DNA of 64,000 nucleotides from an uncultured bacterium. Lineage in GTDB: Bacteria; Omnitrophota; Omnitrophia; Omnitrophales; Aquincolibacteriaceae. The stretch is from contig CAZLTL010000012.1 of the NCBI GenBank assembly GCA_964562525.1, forward strand, positions 15,985-79,984. Reading direction: 5' to 3'. Position numbers and translations under genes: made by a program. Below, piece by piece: positions 59,042 to 64,000 of the stretch (position 1 is its first letter; every line of letters starts with the position of its first letter). The notes under the pieces were generated by a model. It did not search any database and was not told the origin of the DNA. It saw nothing but the letters and a program-made list of their open reading frames with translations.

Positions 59042-60223
59042 ATGAATTCAAACTTCCTTTTATCTCGCTGGGTAGTTTTGGCGGCGATTCTCACGGGAAT
59101 CTGCGCGCGCCTTGCATTGCCTTGGCTTGGCCACAACTACGACATTGAGTCGTGGAAAATTGTCGGAGAACTGGTCTATGAAGGCAAAAATGTTTTCGAT
59201 TGGACAGACCGCCATAATTACGGTCCGGGTTTATTCCCCATCTTTGGATTGGTCCAATATCTAACGGTCCTGATCCCATGGAAGCACCCCGAGGTCTTTC
59301 ATTTTCTGATCGCGTGCGTTTTGACTTTGAGTGACACAGCGATTGCCCTCATGCTTTTGAAAAAAACGGGGCGCGCTGCCGCGGTTCTTTTTGCACTGAG
59401 CCCTATTTCTATTTTAATCACAGGCTATCACTCACAGGTGGATTGCCTTGCGATCTCGTTTGCTTTCGGAGCATGGCTACTTTATGAATCAGACGGACGA
59501 TCCAAGCAAAAGCTCCTCTTAAGCGCGGTGTTTCTTAGCCTGTCGCTAATCATCAAACACAGCTTTATCTTTTTCCCAATTTGGCTGATGCTCGATCCTC
59601 GCTGGAAAGACCGCTCCGAAAAAATAACCTATCTCATTATTGTCTTCGGATTATTCCTTATAAGCTTTTTGCCGTTTTGCGGAACAATTGAAGCTCAAAA
59701 TCGAATCCTTAAGAATGTTTTTAAATACATTATGGGAACCGGCAATTCGCTTCTCGCTCATTCATTTCAGGCTTTTTTTCCGCTTCCCTTTCTCGCTAAA
59801 ATTTTGCACGCGGACGCTTTCTTAAAAAACATTTTCATGGGTCTGATGTTGGGGTTCGGTTTTTTCGTTATGAAGCGCGAACCGCACAACAGCTTTTACC
59901 TTTATTTAATCGGACTAGTGGTATTCGCTTCCCAAATGGCGGATCAATATCTAGCTATCCCCATCATTGCTTGCGCTGTGTTCGCTAAAAACCCTTGGTT
60001 GATTTCATACTCCGTTGTCGGCACTCTTTTTATTTTGGGCTCACCCTTCAATCTTTATCTATGGCCTCGCATCACCGGCAACCCCTTATTAACCTCAGTG
60101 AATATGAATGGGCTCTGGTGGTACTATCACTGCCAAATCTGGCTTTTGCTTTTTCTTTTCTTACGCTATTTTCAGCTGCGTACAAATTCAAAAGAAGCTT
60201 TGCCTTCCGCGCAAGCGTGCTAG
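59042..60223 (+). CDS. polytopic membrane protein, DUF2029/GT-C-like putative glycosyl(mannosyl)transferase
   Basis: The ORF begins at 58982. The ATG at 59042 (MNSNFLLSRWVVLAAILTG..) leaves a plausible divergent promoter gap to hemH. About 10 TM segments. Confidence 0.45.
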   Translation: MNSNFLLSRWVVLAAILTGICARLALPWLGHNYDIESWKIVGELVYEGKNVFDWTDRHNYGPGLFPIFGLVQYLTVLIPWKHPEVFHFLIACVLTLSDTAIALMLLKKTGRAAAVLFALSPISILITGYHSQVDCLAISFAFGAWLLYESDGRSKQKLLLSAVFLSLSLIIKHSFIFFPIWLMLDPRWKDRSEKITYLIIVFGLFLISFLPFCGTIEAQNRILKNVFKYIMGTGNSLLAHSFQAFFPLPFLAKILHADAFLKNIFMGLMLGFGFFVMKREPHNSFYLYLIGLVVFASQMADQYLAIPIIACAVFAKNPWLISYSVVGTLFILGSPFNLYLWPRITGNPLLTSVNMNGLWWYYHCQIWLLLFLFLRYFQLRTNSKEALPSAQAC

Positions 60224-60280
60224 AATAACCCTGTTTTACAAATTCGTTTCTTATTTAACCGCTTATTTAAAGGAGGCTTC

Positions 60281-60568
60281 ATGAAAAAGACAATTGCGAC
60301 GCTTTTGCTGGCTTTTACTCTATTGGCTTCTTCATCCAATGCTTGGGCTGAAAATACCGCCAAGCACGGCGAAATTACAGGTAAAAGTGTTGTGAAAGGA
60401 CTCGCTTCATTTATTATTTGGCCTGGATTAGGTCAATATTTAAATGACCAAGAAACCAAGAAGAACGTCACTCATGCTGTTTTGGGTTTGACCGGTATTT
60501 TTCGTTTCTGGTCCGGCTGGGACGCTTTAATTGATCGCGATGGCGGACGCTGGGACGGAAAGATTTAG
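60281..60568 (+). CDS. small secreted protein (signal peptide), unknown function
   Basis: 95 aa. Has the signal peptide MKKTIATLLLAFTLLASSSNAWA and is followed by a strong terminator. Confidence 0.5.
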   Translation: MKKTIATLLLAFTLLASSSNAWAENTAKHGEITGKSVVKGLASFIIWPGLGQYLNDQETKKNVTHAVLGLTGIFRFWSGWDALIDRDGGRWDGKI

Positions 60569-60585
60569 TCGGATCTGAAAAACAC

Positions 60586-60651
60586 AAAACCCCTGAAGCT
60601 CGAACAGCTGCGCGCTTGGCCGCAGAACTCGCTTCAGGGGTTTTTGCTTTT
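60586..60651. terminator. bidirectional rho-independent terminator between convergent genes
   Basis: AAAACCCCTGAAGC ... GCTTCAGGGGTTTTTGCTTTT has a 13-bp stem arm and T-runs on both strands. Confidence 0.7.
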
Positions 60652-60699
60652 AGATCCTCCGTGCATGGAAGCAATCTTTACAAACTTATCTTTCCATTC

Positions 60700-61416
60700 C
60701 TAAACGTTTTCTCGCAAGCCAATAGAATTTCTGCAAATTTCGACAGGTTTTTCGGCTGCCTTGTAATAGTCTTTGCCTAATTCAATCTTAGGCCGGCCTT
60801 TTGACATGCGCCATTCGTTGGTATCACGTAATGAGTACGCGCACCCACAGTATTGCTGGGCATAAAACTCTTCTTTCTTTGCGATTTCAATCATCCGCTC
60901 GGAGCCGCGCTCTTTGCGCCAGTTATAATCCCAATACTTTACGCCCGGATAAAGCGACGCGGCTTTCACGCCGGCTTGCGTAACCTGATCAAAGTTTTTC
61001 CATCTCGAAATTCCAAGGCAGCTGGTGATAATCGCAAAACCGTTTTGTGCGGCATACTCCGCAGTTTTCACGAATCGCATTTCAAAGCACATGGAGCAAC
61101 GCTCGCCCCGCTCAGGGTCTTTTTCATGACCTTTCATCATCGCAAACCAGCGGTCTTTATCATAATCATCATCAACAAAAGGAATGCCCAGCTTTTCGGC
61201 ATAGCGGATATTTTCTTCTTTACGTAAAAGATATTCTTCGATCGGATGAATATTTGGATTATAGAAATAAATCGTAAGATCGAGCCCTGCCTTATGCATA
61301 TCTTCAATCACCGACCCTGAGCACGGCGCGCAACACGAATGAAGCAAAACCTTTTTCTCCCCGTTGGGTGGGATTAAGGGTGATCCTAATTTTCTTTCTT
61401 GTTTCTCATTAGCCAT
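60700..61416 (-). CDS. queH: epoxyqueuosine reductase QueH
   Basis: 238 aa. Has the DUF208 signature ..VLLHSCCAPCS.. with additional conserved Cys residues. Confidence 0.8.
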   Translation of the reverse strand: MANEKQERKLGSPLIPPNGEKKVLLHSCCAPCSGSVIEDMHKAGLDLTIYFYNPNIHPIEEYLLRKEENIRYAEKLGIPFVDDDYDKDRWFAMMKGHEKDPERGERCSMCFEMRFVKTAEYAAQNGFAIITSCLGISRWKNFDQVTQAGVKAASLYPGVKYWDYNWRKERGSERMIEIAKKEEFYAQQYCGCAYSLRDTNEWRMSKGRPKIELGKDYYKAAEKPVEICRNSIGLRENV

Positions 61417-61430
61417 GACGGAAGTATACC

Positions 61431-62561
61431 ATGCGAAACCAAGGTGAACCGCCCCTTGACGGCCTCCTGTATAATATCCGCATGAATTTTATATTTGAAC
61501 TCATCAATGACACAGTCTGGTTTTTAGCGCTTATTTTTGTCATGCTGCTTTGGGCAGATTACCTCAATACACTGACACGCGGCAAAGCGGCAGAATACCT
61601 TAAAAGACATCCTACGCATCAATATTTTTCAGGAACGCTTCTCGGCAGTATTCCGGGCTGCTTTGGCTCCTTTATCAATGTCTCGCTTTATACTCATCGC
61701 CTTTACTCTTTCGGAGCTTTGTTGGCAGGGATGATCGCCACCACGGGTGATGAAGGCTTTTTTATGCTGGCACTTTTCCCGGAACGCGCACTTTTTCTAA
61801 TCGCTTTTTTAGCGATTCTGGGACTGTTTTGTGGATTTATTTTCGATCGCTTTTTCCCGAATTTTGAAAAAAGCTCCCCACTTTTTCATGAACTCCCCAT
61901 GCATGGCGAAGATTCCGGCCATGACCACAACCACTCCCCAACAACCCTAAAAATTTCAACAAGGTCTCTTCGCTGGATTTTGTCGCTGCTTATGCTGCTG
62001 CTCGCCCTAGCGCTGTGGAAAGGATGGATTCATCATCCGGAGTTTATGAATCATGACCACGCTCATAGCCACGCCGAAAACGACGCGTGCCAAAATCATG
62101 AGCAAGGCGAAACCTGGTTTACTCTTTTTGCTTTATTTTCATCGCTTTGGATTTTTATCCGCGCGTCGTCACATTACTTAGAAGAACATATTTGGAACCA
62201 TATTATTCGGCACCATTTGCCCAAATTTGCGCTTTGGACAGCGGGAACTTTGCTCGCGGTAAAAGTCGGCGGCGAGTGGATCGGCATGGGTGAGTGGCTA
62301 AGCCAAAACCCCTGGCAATCGCTGTTCTTTGCCCTGCTCATAGGCCTCTTGCCGGTATCCGGCCCGCATATTACTTTTACGATTCTTTTCTCTCAGGGCG
62401 CCATTCCGTTCTCTGTCCTGCTGGCGAACTCCATTGTTCAAAGCGGACACGGAATCTTGCCTTTGCTGCCCTATCCCAAGCGGGATGTTATTGTTCTGAA
62501 AGTCATCAAACTCGCGCTGGGACTTTTAATTGGCGGGATTGCTTTAGCTTACGGTTTTTAA
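61431..62561 (+). CDS. multi-TM permease with His-rich cytoplasmic loops (putative heavy-metal transporter)
   Basis: 376 aa, about 10 TM segments. Has the loops HGEDSGHDHNHSPT and HHPEFMNHDHAHSHAEND. An alternative start at 61482 (MNFIFELIND) leaves room for a divergent promoter. Confidence 0.45.
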   Translation: MRNQGEPPLDGLLYNIRMNFIFELINDTVWFLALIFVMLLWADYLNTLTRGKAAEYLKRHPTHQYFSGTLLGSIPGCFGSFINVSLYTHRLYSFGALLAGMIATTGDEGFFMLALFPERALFLIAFLAILGLFCGFIFDRFFPNFEKSSPLFHELPMHGEDSGHDHNHSPTTLKISTRSLRWILSLLMLLLALALWKGWIHHPEFMNHDHAHSHAENDACQNHEQGETWFTLFALFSSLWIFIRASSHYLEEHIWNHIIRHHLPKFALWTAGTLLAVKVGGEWIGMGEWLSQNPWQSLFFALLIGLLPVSGPHITFTILFSQGAIPFSVLLANSIVQSGHGILPLLPYPKRDVIVLKVIKLALGLLIGGIALAYGF

Positions 62562-62654
62562 ATGAGCCCATCATTTACGGGGCGCAGCATTCGTAAATGA
62601 TAGGTGCGAATTTATCCTGAGTGAGCAAAGCGAGCCGAAGGATCCCCTACAAAT

Positions 62655-63929
62655 TCAAGCTAGCGGGAAAAACAAAATAAAAGAAGTTCCGTGGCCATTT
62701 TCTCCCGGCTCGCAATGCACGCGCCCATGATGCGCTTCCATAATATGCTTCACGATTGAGAGTCCTAATCCAGTGCCGCCGGTTTCACGTGAACGAGCTT
62801 TATCTTCGCGGAAAAATCTTTGAAATATTTTTTCCTGATTTTCAGGCTGAACACCCAATCCCGAATCTGTCACGCGAATTTCAATTCCCGCATTACCCGA
62901 CTTCTGCGCTGACAAAACAATGGTCCCGTTCTCAGGCGTAAACTTAACGGCATTATCAAGCAGATTGATTAAAACCTGCCTAAATTGGTCGCGATGCGCA
63001 TACACATCCAAACCCGGCTCGATCTGTTCTTTAAAATCTATTTTCTTTTGGCTAAACCGTAATCGAAACAACTCTAAAACCTCGCCGATTTCATGCGAAG
63101 CGTTCAGTTTCTCTTTTTTAAAAATCTGACTTGGATTTTCAATTTTGGAAAGGACCAGCAAGTCCTCAATCAGCCTGCTTAATCTTTCCGTGTCTTTGCG
63201 CATTAATCCCAGAAAATGAAAACGCGCAGCGTCATCATCGCTTGCGCCGTCCAAAAGCGTTTCGACAAAACCCTGAATGGAGGTCAATGGTGTGCGCAGC
63301 TCATGTGAAACATTGGCGACAAAGTCGCGGCGCATATTCTCAAGCCGCTTAATCGCGGTAATATCCGAAAAAATAAAAAGAGCCGCAATGCCGCGGGCGT
63401 TTGAAAGATGCATCATCGTTAACCGGATCCATTTGTCATTCGGAATAACAAACTCAGTTTCAGACACTTCCTCGCCCGCTTTTTTAAAGAAATCCTCCGT
63501 AGCCTGCAATGCGGCGTGAAACCTTAATATTTCAAACAACTTCTTCCCTCGCTGCGGCGCTTCAGGAACATTCATCAGCCGGCAAAAGGCTTTGTTGCAT
63601 ACCTCCACGGTAAAATCAGCGGTGATGGCAACAATACCGTCGGGGAAACCGTTGATTAAACCATGCAACGCTTCATTTTCAACAACGGCTTTTTGATTGC
63701 GTTTAAAAATAAAATTCCGCAAACGCTTCAATTCTTGTTCAGGCGGTTCTTGTGCCAAAATGCGCGTAACAGCGGAAGGTTCTTCTATTATTTTGAAAAT
63801 ACTTTGTAGCGAATCAGAGCATGCATCAAGTGCTTTTTGAACTGAGCGAAAGCGAAGCCAAAAATAATAAGTTGTCGCCGCAAGGATTAAAATAAGAACG
63901 AAACCCAGTGCCGCAAATGGAAAGTTCAT
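62655..63929 (-). CDS. PAS-domain sensor histidine kinase (PhoR-like)
   Basis: 424 aa. Has one N-terminal TM segment, a PAS domain, the HisKA H-box ..SHELRTPLTSIQGF.., and HATPase_c motifs (..DSGLGV.., GGTGLGLSIVK). Confidence 0.8.
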   Translation of the reverse strand: MNFPFAALGFVLILILAATTYYFWLRFRSVQKALDACSDSLQSIFKIIEEPSAVTRILAQEPPEQELKRLRNFIFKRNQKAVVENEALHGLINGFPDGIVAITADFTVEVCNKAFCRLMNVPEAPQRGKKLFEILRFHAALQATEDFFKKAGEEVSETEFVIPNDKWIRLTMMHLSNARGIAALFIFSDITAIKRLENMRRDFVANVSHELRTPLTSIQGFVETLLDGASDDDAARFHFLGLMRKDTERLSRLIEDLLVLSKIENPSQIFKKEKLNASHEIGEVLELFRLRFSQKKIDFKEQIEPGLDVYAHRDQFRQVLINLLDNAVKFTPENGTIVLSAQKSGNAGIEIRVTDSGLGVQPENQEKIFQRFFREDKARSRETGGTGLGLSIVKHIMEAHHGRVHCEPGENGHGTSFILFFPLA

Positions 63930-63941
63930 TGGTTATTGGGC

Positions 63942-64000
63942 TTAATCTTTTTCGCAATTCATGCGGTAGCCAACATTTTTAACCGTAATAATGCGGTCCG
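63942..64000 (-). CDS. OmpR/PhoB-family response regulator, partial (only the C-terminal 19 codons are in the window)
   Basis: The minus-strand frame ends ..DRIITVKNVGYRMNCEKD before the stop at 63942-63944. GYR(M/F) is the winged-helix C-terminus of OmpR-family regulators. It lies 12 nt upstream of the histidine-kinase start. Confidence 0.5.
   Translation of the reverse strand, partial: DRIITVKNVGYRMNCEKD

Noticed and set aside
1-64000. CRISPR arrays, cas genes, restriction-modification or other recognisable defence islands
   Set aside because: No regularly spaced short direct repeats were seen, and there is no nuclease, helicase or methyltransferase cluster. The only tandem repeats are a 9-bp agactaaag-type motif (40683-40720, 43901-43920) and the tRNA-flank duplication.

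Overview
This is a 64 kb chromosomal segment of a Gram-negative-type bacterium (outer-membrane porin, RND pump; about 48-50% GC). It is densely coding on both strands, and most genes are housekeeping, transport or stress functions. Well-supported calls include: a partial delta-9 desaturase at the 5' edge, a P-type cation ATPase, a GH1 beta-glucosidase, a PlsC-type acyltransferase, gltB/gltD glutamate synthase, a CLC-F-type fluoride channel, mgtE, ridA and sugE/gdx, a CHASE-GGDEF cyclase, an M15 peptidase, a metal ABC importer (substrate-binding protein plus permease, no ATPase), rlmI, an AcrB-type RND pump, a divergent dps/oxyR pair, a TerC protein, mscL, a GST, a MarC protein, rmuC, hemH and queH, a PhoR-like histidine kinase with a partial OmpR-type regulator at the 3' edge, and three GT-C-like membrane glycosyltransferase paralogs. 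The features that the protein-coding annotation does not explain are as follows. (1) A tRNA-Asn(GUU) gene on the minus strand (15889..16163) is split in its anticodon loop by a 202-nt group I intron resembling the trnL(UAA) intron core. (2) Decayed direct repeats of the tRNA 3' end plus its terminator lie about 190 bp and about 5.6 kb downstream of the tRNA; they bracket a 5.4 kb stress module (NhaR-like LysR regulator, K+/H+ antiporter, tandem Usp, Rnk, DUF1232, DOPA-dioxygenase) that carries no integrase. (3) A module of mgtE, a secreted protein, a LytS-like kinase, a LytTR regulator and a 1077-aa secreted YD-repeat protein has three 21-bp-phased direct repeats (ATAAGMGGT) upstream of the YD-repeat gene, in the layout of a LytTR binding site. 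A second secreted YD-like protein (8212..10002) sits behind a perfect 20-bp palindrome. (4) A conserved hairpin element of about 60 nt occurs just 3' of two unrelated minus-strand genes. (5) A metal-uptake operon has no ATPase gene but begins with a small CXXCH/His-rich membrane protein and an outer-membrane protein with an N-terminal coiled coil. (6) A structured 350-nt noncoding gap lies after rlmI. (7) An orphan RND pump has a strong hairpin 15 nt upstream of its start codon. No CRISPR array, integrase, transposase or recognisable defence system was seen.
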